Positions 35,891 through 43,480 of a stretch of DNA of 43,480 nucleotides are shown piece by piece. The DNA lies in the NCBI GenBank assembly GCA_964400885.1, contig CAYNWH010000001.1:2768-46247 (forward strand), given 5' to 3'. The DNA comes from an uncultured Gammaproteobacteria bacterium (GTDB taxonomy: Bacteria > Patescibacteriota > Patescibacteriia > CAIXNZ01). Made by a program: the position numbers and the translations under genes. The first letter of the stretch is position 1. Every line of letters starts with the position of its first letter. The notes under the pieces are model-generated. The model did no database searches, was not told the origin of the DNA, and worked only from the letters and a program-made list of their open reading frames with translations.

Positions 35891-36955
35891 ATGGCCAGTT
35901 CCCATCCGCCGAGCCTTTTCGGCACAATACTCAGTAATCTGTTCAAGCTTATTTTTAACAAAAAAGTACTCATTATTATAGTAGCTCCGATTGTCTTGAC
36001 TCTCTGTTATTATTTCCTCATCCCATTTCTGGCCGACATTAATTGGGACTTCGTATCTTCTAAATTGTTCCGGACTATCCTTGCCAGCATCATTGTATTG
36101 TTGGCGCTAGGCGCGCTTATCTGGCATTATGGCCTGGAAACAATGTACGAATTCCTGACAGACAAACTGCTTAAAAAAATCTTCAGCAAGAAAGGCCTTC
36201 TAGTTTTAGGCTTGTTGGCAGCCACAGGCTTATTCTACTTTTTCCTGCTGCCGATACTGTCTTCCATAAACTGGAAAGCCATTTTTTCCGAAAAGATTTC
36301 AGTTATCATTGCTGGCATTCTCTTCTTAAGCGCGGTCATTGTGATCATGTGGGCAGGCGGTTTTCAATTGCTCTATAATTTATTTTCCTGGAAAAAAATC
36401 CTGGTGTTTTCTGCAATTATTATTTTAATATTGACTTCTGTCTTCATTTTCAGGCACAGCAATTACCTGCAATCAAAAGCCAAGATAAGCTGGGCTGAGA
36501 GTACGGAGACATTCAATCAGGAAAATGCCAGACATGCTCAAGAAGTTGATGAACTCGCCAATCAGGTCAAATCACTGGAAAAAAAAGTCCGGGATTTGAA
36601 AGCTGATATTGCAGAGCTGAAAAACCCTCCAGTGCCAACTGGCTCACCAGTCAAAACAACCGCTGCACCGGCTTCAACAGAGGAAGTTACGCAACTCAAA
36701 ACAAAAGTGGAAAATCTGGAAAATGATTTACAGAGATTAAAAGCAAAACGAAATGAGCCACGGCGAATTTTTAAGGTTAATCCGCCATCAAACAGCACTG
36801 CCATAATTGGTGCACCAACTTCAGGCTCACAAACCGATCAAATCATTCCCGGACCCAAAGCTCCACCAAGTGAGCAAATAGGACAAATTATTCCTGGACC
36901 AAAAGCGCCAGGCGGACAAGCCAATCAAATCATACTAGGGCCAAAAGCGCCTTAG
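35891..36955 (+). CDS. Multi-pass membrane protein with duplicated TM module, coiled coils and QIIPGPKAP repeats
   Basis: Repeated IF(N/S)KK..(Y/F)YF..P.L..INW modules; heptad segments; three QII(P/L)GPKAP; SD AAAAGGAGG; promoter 35813-35840. Confidence 0.82.
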   Translation: MASSHPPSLFGTILSNLFKLIFNKKVLIIIVAPIVLTLCYYFLIPFLADINWDFVSSKLFRTILASIIVLLALGALIWHYGLETMYEFLTDKLLKKIFSKKGLLVLGLLAATGLFYFFLLPILSSINWKAIFSEKISVIIAGILFLSAVIVIMWAGGFQLLYNLFSWKKILVFSAIIILILTSVFIFRHSNYLQSKAKISWAESTETFNQENARHAQEVDELANQVKSLEKKVRDLKADIAELKNPPVPTGSPVKTTAAPASTEEVTQLKTKVENLENDLQRLKAKRNEPRRIFKVNPPSNSTAIIGAPTSGSQTDQIIPGPKAPPSEQIGQIIPGPKAPGGQANQIILGPKAP

Positions 36956-36972
36956 TTTCAAAAACATCTTAC

Positions 36973-37003
36973 AAGCAGGCAATTGCAAAATTGTCTGCTT
37001 TTT
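36973..37003 (+). terminator. Intrinsic terminator
   Basis: aagcaggcaatt-gcaa-aattgtctgctttttt. Confidence 0.75.
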
Positions 37004-37026
37004 TGTAAGCTAAAATGATTCATGGG

Positions 37027-37251
37027 TTGACAAAAATTTAAAAATATGCTAAAATGACTTATTGAATTAATTCTCTTAGGCTCCTGAAAAGTTGAATATA
37101 AATCTATTTTAAAAAAATTTGTGTATTTGTAGAATATTCGTGGATTTGTAACGATTTTTTAGTAGCTTAGGCTACTTGGAAATATTAAGGAAATTAAAAA
37201 TCTATTTGGTCTTTAAAATCAAGGAACAAAGCCAATCAAGGAGGTTTTTTC
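37027..37251 (+). promoter_or_regulatory. Promoter and conserved leader 1
   Basis: TTGACA-17-TAAAAT (37027-37055); AGTAGC-ttag-GCTACT 37161-37176; GGTCTTTAAAAT 37208-37219; CAATCAAGGAGG. Confidence 0.8.
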
Positions 37252-38376
37252 ATGAAAAAAGCGATGATCGTAATGGTGCTCATGGCCCTGGCATTTTTGC
37301 CGGCCATGGCGCAAGTGTCCAATGAGGGCCGGGTGTTTTACACCATGCCCAAGATGGAAAAACAGCACACCGAGGACGGCCGCATTTACTTCGAGGTCCA
37401 GGCTGACGGCAAAACCTGGCACATCTACGACCAGTTCGGAGCACCGTTCCCTCCGGGAACCGAAGCCGGCCGCAGCCAACGGCTGGATGGCAAATGGGAG
37501 ATCCGCATCATATACCCGACTGGGGCTACCACCTTGGTCATGGCCAACATGGTGCGCGATGCCCAGACTGGCAGCGTCAACGCAAACGCGCAGATTCAGG
37601 AATTCGATTTCGTGGGCTGGGAACGCGACCGGGCCGAAATCCCGGCCAGCACCATGCCCAAAATCGATGAACTCATCCAGAACATTCAGATCTCGGTCAT
37701 TAAAATCAAGGTCTATGTCCTGGGCGGCGTGTCCGATGAGAACATCAGGCATGCCGAATGTTATCGGGGAGAAACGTCCCCGTACTACCTGCCCAAAGAC
37801 GGAGCCGAAAACTTTCAAAAAGTGACCGGCGAGATCAACAGCGAAGGCGACAACGTTGCCTGTCAGGCGTTGCTGGCCGATGGCCGCGAAAAAACTTTTC
37901 GCGACTATCTGGTCAACCATGGCATTAACCCGGACATGATTCAGCTCTCCAGATGGGGCGGCATCATAGACATTGACAACACGCATTTCAATAACCGCGG
38001 GGTCAGGGTCCTTTTGATACCGATCACCATCTATGAACAGCTGAAAAAGGACCCACCGCCTCCGGCACCAGTCATTGACATCTACCAGATAAACACTGAA
38101 CCCGGACCGCAATCCTATACCGCGCCCCCTCCTCCGGCATCCAGCGAAAGCGACGAATGCTGGAAATGGGCGCTGGGTGGCGGGCTGGGCGGCGCCGGAC
38201 TGGGCTGGGGAGTTTCCCAAATCCAGGTGGATGGCGGCAAAGGCGCTAATAACGCCGGGGATGGCGGTAGCGTCTCCGTTTGTGGCGACAACCCTGCGGC
38301 CTGCATTGGCGGCGGCGTCCTTTTGGGAGCCGGTGGCGCCTACGTGGGCTGCAGAATCTACAAAAGCCGCCACTAG
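37252..38376 (+). CDS. Secreted protein with divergent OmpA-like domain and C-terminal glycine-zipper hairpin
   Basis: Signal peptide ending PAMA; LLADGREKTFRDYLVNHGINPDMI...NNRGVRV matches the OmpA C-terminal pattern; CWKWALGGGLGGAGLGWG. Confidence 0.8.
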   Translation: MKKAMIVMVLMALAFLPAMAQVSNEGRVFYTMPKMEKQHTEDGRIYFEVQADGKTWHIYDQFGAPFPPGTEAGRSQRLDGKWEIRIIYPTGATTLVMANMVRDAQTGSVNANAQIQEFDFVGWERDRAEIPASTMPKIDELIQNIQISVIKIKVYVLGGVSDENIRHAECYRGETSPYYLPKDGAENFQKVTGEINSEGDNVACQALLADGREKTFRDYLVNHGINPDMIQLSRWGGIIDIDNTHFNNRGVRVLLIPITIYEQLKKDPPPPAPVIDIYQINTEPGPQSYTAPPPPASSESDECWKWALGGGLGGAGLGWGVSQIQVDGGKGANNAGDGGSVSVCGDNPAACIGGGVLLGAGGAYVGCRIYKSRH

Positions 38377-38399
38377 ATCTCCTAGACCTTAATATTTTC

Positions 38400-38434
38400 A
38401 GACCCGGAAGTTTCAACTTCTGGGTCTTTTCTTT
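38400..38434 (+). terminator. Intrinsic terminator
   Basis: agacccggaagtt-tc-aacttctgggtct-tttcttt; homologous to 39980-40016. Confidence 0.8.
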
Positions 38435-38476
38435 ATTTTTAAAAAACTTACAAGCAAAACAAAAACATTAAAATAC

Positions 38477-38661
38477 TTGACAAAAAAACAAAAAAATGCT
38501 AAAATGCTTTATTAAACATTATGTTTAAGCTTTCAAAAAGAATTAATTAAAATTATAAATTAATTATTTTTGGTAGCTTAGGCTACTTTTAGATATTAAG
38601 GGAACTAGAGATCAGTTTGATCTTTAAAATCAGGAAAAAACAAATCAAAGGAGGTTTTGAA
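38477..38661 (+). promoter_or_regulatory. Promoter and conserved leader 2
   Basis: TTGACA-17-TAAAAT (38477-38505); GGTAGC-ttag-GCTACT 38572-38587; GATCTTTAAAAT 38619-38630; AAATCAAAGGAGG. Confidence 0.8.
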
Positions 38662-39957
38662 ATGAGAAAAATGTTGGTCTTTTTGGCAATCTTTTGTCTC
38701 TTGGGTGCGCCGGTAACTCCGGCATTGCCCCAGACAGCGGACACGCCGCTGGTTCTCGACAGCATGCCCACCTTGTCGTGGCAGAAAATCGACGGCGGCT
38801 CCATGCTCGTTGTCCAGGCCGGCGACAAAACGTATTACATCTTGAATGGTCAGCAGACCGCTTTTCCGCCCGACACTCAGTCCGGCCGAAAACAAAGAAG
38901 CGACGGCAAGTGGGAAGTGTACTTCCTCCTGCCCGGCGCTGATCCCCAAACCGGCTGGAAAGTTGTCAACACGAACATGGTCGGCAACAACTCCACGCCC
39001 GGCCCCGGGGTTCGGCAAGCCAAGCAGGACCTGCCGCCGGGCGTAATTCCCGAAGGCATGAGTCAGAAAGCTTCGCCTCACACGATCTTGACCGGGTTTC
39101 CGACCGGCTATGCCACGGTAACCGCGGCCATCGAACAGCAGATGGCGCACTTGGTCAAAGTCTGCAAGGACAATGATGTCCTTTGCATTCTTGAAGGCCA
39201 GGCCTCGCGCCTGAGTTACAGCGCTTGCTACGTTGACATGGACGAGGGTTATATTGCCCCACCCAGCGGCCACAACCCCAGCGAGCATCCCAATGCTCAG
39301 CTGGTCAAAGGTGACCGCAACTGCAACGAAGAGCTGGCTCAGATCCGTGCCATGAATGCGGCCAAAAAACTCGTGGAAATGGGCGTGCCCAAAGAGCGGG
39401 TTTTCTGGCTCACGCACGCCAGCTGGGGCATCAGGCCAGGCACCAACTACGAAAACCAAGCGGTCGTGGCCTTTGTCATCAGCAGAAGCTCAGTCAACAT
39501 CGAAACAAACGGTCCGGTCATCAGCAACAATGCTCCGCCGGCCGCCGAATGCCCGACCTGCAACCAGGCCGAGCCTCCCATCATTAACATTCATGGCGAC
39601 TGCTTTGTCGCCAGCCGGCAAAACGACAACGGCCGCTGGACAGTGACCGTTATCTGTTTCCTCAACAGCACTACTCCGCCAGCCCCAGCCTCAACAAAAA
39701 ACGATGAAGGTGATGATTGCTGGAAATGGGCATTGGCCGGCGGCCTGGGTGGTGGAGGACTGGGCTGGGGCGTTTCCCAGATCCAGGTCGAAGGTGGCCA
39801 AGGCGCCGGCAGTGCGGGTAATGGCGGGGATGTCTCCATTTGCGGAGACAATCCCACTGGCTGCATTGTGGGCGGAGCTCTCTTGGGTGCGGGCACCAGC
39901 TACCTGAGTTGCAAAATCTCCAAGCACCACAAGGAGTACAAAGAACACAAAAAATAA
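38662..39957 (+). CDS. Paralog: secreted OmpA-like domain protein with glycine-zipper tail
   Basis: Start reassigned to MRKMLV after SD; GFPTGYATV..LEGQAS..NEELAQIRAMNAAKKLVEMGVPKERV; CWKWALAGGLGGGGLGWGVSQIQVEGG. Confidence 0.82.
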   Translation: MRKMLVFLAIFCLLGAPVTPALPQTADTPLVLDSMPTLSWQKIDGGSMLVVQAGDKTYYILNGQQTAFPPDTQSGRKQRSDGKWEVYFLLPGADPQTGWKVVNTNMVGNNSTPGPGVRQAKQDLPPGVIPEGMSQKASPHTILTGFPTGYATVTAAIEQQMAHLVKVCKDNDVLCILEGQASRLSYSACYVDMDEGYIAPPSGHNPSEHPNAQLVKGDRNCNEELAQIRAMNAAKKLVEMGVPKERVFWLTHASWGIRPGTNYENQAVVAFVISRSSVNIETNGPVISNNAPPAAECPTCNQAEPPIINIHGDCFVASRQNDNGRWTVTVICFLNSTTPPAPASTKNDEGDDCWKWALAGGLGGGGLGWGVSQIQVEGGQGAGSAGNGGDVSICGDNPTGCIVGGALLGAGTSYLSCKISKHHKEYKEHKK

Positions 39958-39979
39958 TCCTTAGTATCTCAACATTTTC

Positions 39980-40016
39980 AGACCCAGGAATCACAGTTTC
40001 TGGGTCTTTTCTTTTT
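39980..40016 (+). terminator. Intrinsic terminator
   Basis: agacccaggaa-tcacag-tttctgggtct-tttctttt. Confidence 0.8.
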
Positions 40017-40032
40017 AAGAAAAACAATACTA

Positions 40033-40223
40033 TTGACAAAATGTCAAAAATATGCTAAACTTCTCAATTAAACTTAACTCCTGAAAAAAGGCGATTTACA
40101 TTCAAAAATAACTTTTTTTCAGTAGCTAAAAAGCTACTTTAAATTATAGAAATGGTTAAAATTTAGGCCAGCCAGCCGAACTTTGAAAAAAAACTTCGCA
40201 ACCAATCAATAAGGAGGAAGGTC
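40033..40223 (+). promoter_or_regulatory. Promoter and conserved leader 3
   Basis: TTGACA-17-TAAACT (40033-40061); AGTAGCT-aaaa-AGCTACT 40121-40138; GAACTTTGAAAA 40178-40189; CAATCAATAAGGAGG. Confidence 0.8.
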
Positions 40224-42146
40224 ATGAAAAAAATGTTTTGGATCTTGTTGGTAGTTATAAGCCTCCTTGCCGGCTGTGCTGGCAAAGGCGGTGACGACAA
40301 CTCTTCAAGCAAAACCACCAATGGCGGCGGCGGTAACGGAGGCGACGGGAATACCCCTCCCTCCGTAACCATAACTGCGCCGGCTAACGGCGCTATCTTC
40401 AACACACCGGCTAACATCATGATCAGCGCCAACGCTTCGGACGATGGCCAAGTGGTCAGCGTGGAATTTTTCTGGGGAAGCAATTCCCTGGGCATTGCCA
40501 CGCAAACGCCCTATTCTGTTCTCTGGTCCGACGTCACTCAGGGGCAATACACCCTGACTGCCGTAGCCACGGACAACCTAGGCGCCAAAACCACTTCAGC
40601 GGCCGTGACCATCACGGTCAATCAGCCACAGCCGAACAACCAACCCCCGACCGTCAGCATCACCGCGCCGACCAATGGCGCCACTTTCACGGCGCCGGCC
40701 AATATCACGGTCAACGCCAACGCCACCGATCTGGATGGCAACGTCACCCAGGTCGAGTTTTACCGCGACGGCGTACTGATCGGCATAGATTTGGTGGCGT
40801 CCTCTGGGTCCTACTCCGTTGTCTGGAACAATGTGCCTGCCGGAACTTATGTGCTGACAGCCATCGCCTATGACGACGACGGGGCCAGCACCACGTCCAA
40901 CAGTGTGACCATCACAGTCACCCAGCCGAACCAGGCACCGACGGTCACTCTGACCGCACCGGCCAATGGTGCCACTTTCACGGCACCAGCCAACATCACG
41001 CCCACCGCCACTGCCAGCGACCCGGATGGCAACATCACCGAGGTCGACATTAACGGCAATGGCATCCTGATCGGCACGGACTTGGTCGCTCCCTACTCCA
41101 TTGTCTGGAGCAATGTGCCCGCCGGGACTTATGTCCTGACCGCCATCGCCTATGACAACAGCGGGGCCAGCACCACTTCCAACAGCGTGACCATCACAGT
41201 CAACACCGGCGATACGGATGGTGATGGCGTCCCCGACGACGTGGATTGTGATCCTTTGGATCCCGATACCTGGACCAAAATGCCGTTCCGACCGGACAAT
41301 GACCAGGATTATCTGCCTGACAGCAGCACTCCAAACAATTACTGCGTCGGCGATCCGGACACTTATCCGCAAAGAACCACCACCTGGACCTCTCCTCTTG
41401 ATCCCTGCCTGGACGACAAGTATAACGCTTGCGTCACTGGTCATTTCGGAGTGGAGTGGGCCTATGGCGACACGGCAGGAACCTGGGAATCCACGGTCTA
41501 TTGGGACTGCGGTTTTCCCGACACATTCGCCCAGCAATGGCAGGCCGCAGGTACGGTCACTGGCAATGCACCGCCGCAAAACCGCGTTATGGATAGCCCT
41601 AACCCGGCTGTTCTGCGCTACGGCACATGCATCGCCAACATTCATGTTCCCGATTCGGGACTGAATCAGTGCAATGGCTGGAATGACGACTGGTTCCCGG
41701 CCGGAACCCCGACCTATGGGTTTTGTTCCAGCCTGCCCAGCGGCTACCCTCACTTTGTCTACTCCAAAACCGGAGACTCGGACATTTGGGGCTCCAGCGA
41801 TCAGCTCACACTGGACTGGGAGATCGATGTCAACACATCCGGCAACGGAGCGAACTACCTAGTCTATTTGGATCAGGGCACGAATTCCTCCGGCGCCACC
41901 GTGGCCATTGACCTGACCGATGCAGACAATGACGGCTATCCGAACGTCTGCGCAGTCGGAGCCACTGGTTGTCACCGGGACAACTGCCGACTGTTCTACA
42001 ATCCGGGTGAGGGTGGTTATCCCGCAATCCAACCGGACACGGATGGTGATGGAGTGGGAGATATCTGTGAAGGCGTCGACGATGATAACGATGGCTGGCC
42101 CAACGCCGACGACCTTTTCCCGAATGACCCCACCCGTCACGAGTAA
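40224..42146 (+). CDS. Lipoprotein with three bacterial Ig-like domains and thrombospondin type-3-like Ca-binding repeats
   Basis: Lipobox LLAGC; three P(S/T)V(T/S)(I/L)TAP.NGA.F..PANI repeats; DTDGDGVPDDVDC, DTDGDGVGDIC, DDDNDGWPNADDLFPNDP. Confidence 0.9.
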   Translation: MKKMFWILLVVISLLAGCAGKGGDDNSSSKTTNGGGGNGGDGNTPPSVTITAPANGAIFNTPANIMISANASDDGQVVSVEFFWGSNSLGIATQTPYSVLWSDVTQGQYTLTAVATDNLGAKTTSAAVTITVNQPQPNNQPPTVSITAPTNGATFTAPANITVNANATDLDGNVTQVEFYRDGVLIGIDLVASSGSYSVVWNNVPAGTYVLTAIAYDDDGASTTSNSVTITVTQPNQAPTVTLTAPANGATFTAPANITPTATASDPDGNITEVDINGNGILIGTDLVAPYSIVWSNVPAGTYVLTAIAYDNSGASTTSNSVTITVNTGDTDGDGVPDDVDCDPLDPDTWTKMPFRPDNDQDYLPDSSTPNNYCVGDPDTYPQRTTTWTSPLDPCLDDKYNACVTGHFGVEWAYGDTAGTWESTVYWDCGFPDTFAQQWQAAGTVTGNAPPQNRVMDSPNPAVLRYGTCIANIHVPDSGLNQCNGWNDDWFPAGTPTYGFCSSLPSGYPHFVYSKTGDSDIWGSSDQLTLDWEIDVNTSGNGANYLVYLDQGTNSSGATVAIDLTDADNDGYPNVCAVGATGCHRDNCRLFYNPGEGGYPAIQPDTDGDGVGDICEGVDDDNDGWPNADDLFPNDPTRHE

Positions 42147-42160
42147 CCATTTCTAACCCT

Positions 42161-42208
42161 AACCGGGCTAAGCTTTTCACCAAGAAAAGCTAGCCCGGTT
42201 TTTTTATT
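42161..42208 (+). terminator. Intrinsic terminator
   Basis: aaccgggctaagctttt...aaaagctagcccggtt-ttttt. Confidence 0.8.
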
Positions 42209-42223
42209 AAATTTAAGCTTCTA

Positions 42224-42418
42224 TTGACAAAAATTTTGCTATATGCTAAGCTTTTATATTAACATTATTATAGACTCTTATAAGCTATTAAGATAAGCTA
42301 AGTGCTATATATTTAGTATATAAAAATTAGTTTTTCTTAGTGGCTTAAAGCTACTTATAAATAAAAGTTGAGGTCATTGACCTTTGAAAAAAAATCAAAT
42401 CAAAAAAGGAGGCTTACC
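42224..42418 (+). promoter_or_regulatory. Promoter and conserved leader 4
   Basis: TTGACA-17-TAAGCT (42224-42252); AGTGGCT-taa-AGCTACT 42339-42355; GACCTTTGAAAA 42379-42390; AAATCAAAAAAGGAGG. Confidence 0.8.
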
Positions 42419-43420
42419 ATGAAGATAAGATGGCTAATTATGGTGATTTTCGTATCGTTTTCCTTGATTTTCTGGAATGGCTGCGCTGGCGGCGGCGGCG
42501 ACGACAATCGCAAAACAGTGAATAATGGCAACACTGCCAACGACACTGACGGCGATGGCGTGGCCGATCCTTATGACTGCGCGCCCAATGACAGCACACG
42601 TTACAACAACGTTTCTTTCTGGCCTGACGCCGACGGCGACGGACTCCCCGATTCCGGGAACAGCCAGCTTTTCTGCGTAGGCGCTCCCAGCACTTACCCG
42701 AATGGCTACACGCCGAATGCGCCACCTCCCCTGGATCCTTGTCCCGGGGATCATGACAACACTTGCGGCGTTCCGAGCGTACCCTACCTGCAGATCGATT
42801 TCGCCTTTGCCACGGGAACTCCGGAATGGACAGTCTATGGGACTTGCTTCCCTGACCCAGCCCCTCCGGATAATTTCCCGGAAATGTGCGAAGGCCAGTC
42901 TCATGAAGGCAGCTGCCTTGGCGCGGTTAATCCCGAAGCCATAGCAACCGGCTATTGCATCTTTGCCATAAACTTCACTCCGCCGGTTTCCAACCATTGC
43001 GGGGACGAAGTCAACTGGTTTCCCTGCCAGAGCGGCGATCAGGCCCTTTTCTCGGGTCTGGATGGCGATGGACTGGGTGGACTCCAAGTCTATCTCAGTC
43101 CCTCTGGTTTGGGCAATGACATTTTAGTCCTTGACTGGGATGTCATTGACAATGGCCAGGGCGGCGCCAACTTCATTGTCTACCTTAATTCAGGAACTGA
43201 TGATGATGGCAATGACATCACAGTCATCGTCGGTATCCTTCAGGACACTGACAATGACGGGATTCTTAATCCCGACGACAACTGCATCCGGGTCGCTAAT
43301 CCTTTACAGGAAGACCTGGACAGCAATGGCGTCGGCGATGTCTGCGTCGGCATTGATACCGACAACGATGGCTGGCTCGATGTGTCGGATGCGGATCCCA
43401 ATGATCCCAACGTCCATTGA
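42419..43420 (+). CDS. Paralogous lipoprotein with TSP3-like repeats, lacking the Ig domains
   Basis: Start reassigned to MKIRW after SD; WNGC lipobox-like; DTDGDGVADPYDC, DNCIRVANPLQEDLDSNGVGDVC; collinear with the C-half of 40224..42146. Confidence 0.88.
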   Translation: MKIRWLIMVIFVSFSLIFWNGCAGGGGDDNRKTVNNGNTANDTDGDGVADPYDCAPNDSTRYNNVSFWPDADGDGLPDSGNSQLFCVGAPSTYPNGYTPNAPPPLDPCPGDHDNTCGVPSVPYLQIDFAFATGTPEWTVYGTCFPDPAPPDNFPEMCEGQSHEGSCLGAVNPEAIATGYCIFAINFTPPVSNHCGDEVNWFPCQSGDQALFSGLDGDGLGGLQVYLSPSGLGNDILVLDWDVIDNGQGGANFIVYLNSGTDDDGNDITVIVGILQDTDNDGILNPDDNCIRVANPLQEDLDSNGVGDVCVGIDTDNDGWLDVSDADPNDPNVH

Positions 43421-43441
43421 CCAGTTCAATGACCTTACTAC

Positions 43442-43478
43442 AAACCGGACAAGTTGAAAAACTTTGTCCGGTTTTTTT
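43442..43478 (+). terminator. Intrinsic terminator
   Basis: aaaccggacaag...tttgtccggttttttt. Confidence 0.8.
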
Positions 43479-43480
43479 AT

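Noticed and set aside
40645-41200. DGR template/variable repeat pair
   Set aside because: The repeats are in-frame Ig-domain duplications, differences are not adenine-specific, and no reverse transcriptase is present.
9508-42418. Upstream-extended starts in the ORF track (9585, 20647, 30054, 31667, 31793, 38617, 42368)
   Set aside because: Downstream ATGs fit SD positions, signal peptides or family N-termini better.
37219-43087. Long antisense ORFs (37219..38373, 38605..39459, 40596..41753, 42434..43087)
   Set aside because: They are shadows of GC-rich sense genes. They have no SD, promoter or recognisable motif, while the plus-strand ORFs have signal peptides and domains.
3426-43420. Alternative genetic code (UGA=Gly, as in Gracilibacteria/SR1)
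   Set aside because: Core genes are full length under code 11, and TGA ends several ORFs, including 42419..43420 just before its terminator.

Overview
AT-rich bacterial chromosome segment, most consistent with a Patescibacteria/CPR (Parcubacteria-like) genome. That placement is inferred from the gene set and style, not from a search. The housekeeping backbone is argS, tyrS, valS, a degenerate DHH protein, queA, a CCA-adding enzyme, rluA, cmk, rplS, a TrmB regulator, uvrA, four-subunit porCDAB, dsbA, secG, an oppA-like gene, rnj, tRNA-Val(GAC) and an unusual tRNA-Ile(UAU). Interleaved with it are about 18 orphan genes, most in self-contained units (TTGACA-17-TAnnnT promoter, often a boxA-like motif, strong AGGAGG, ORF, terminator), whereas the housekeeping genes inspected have no Shine-Dalgarno sequence. 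The window ends in a tandem array of four GC-rich secreted-protein genes (two OmpA-like/glycine-zipper paralogs, two Ig/TSP3-like lipoprotein paralogs) that share a conserved leader (AGTAGC/GCTACT hairpin, boxA-like motif, AATCAA..AGGAGG). It begins with a >825-aa secreted M23 peptidase missing from the ORF track. Other points are a three-way-junction RNA candidate with complementary loops upstream of trmB, tRNA-Val fragments (one direct and interrupted, one inverted) beside the tRNA, and several REP-like palindromes.
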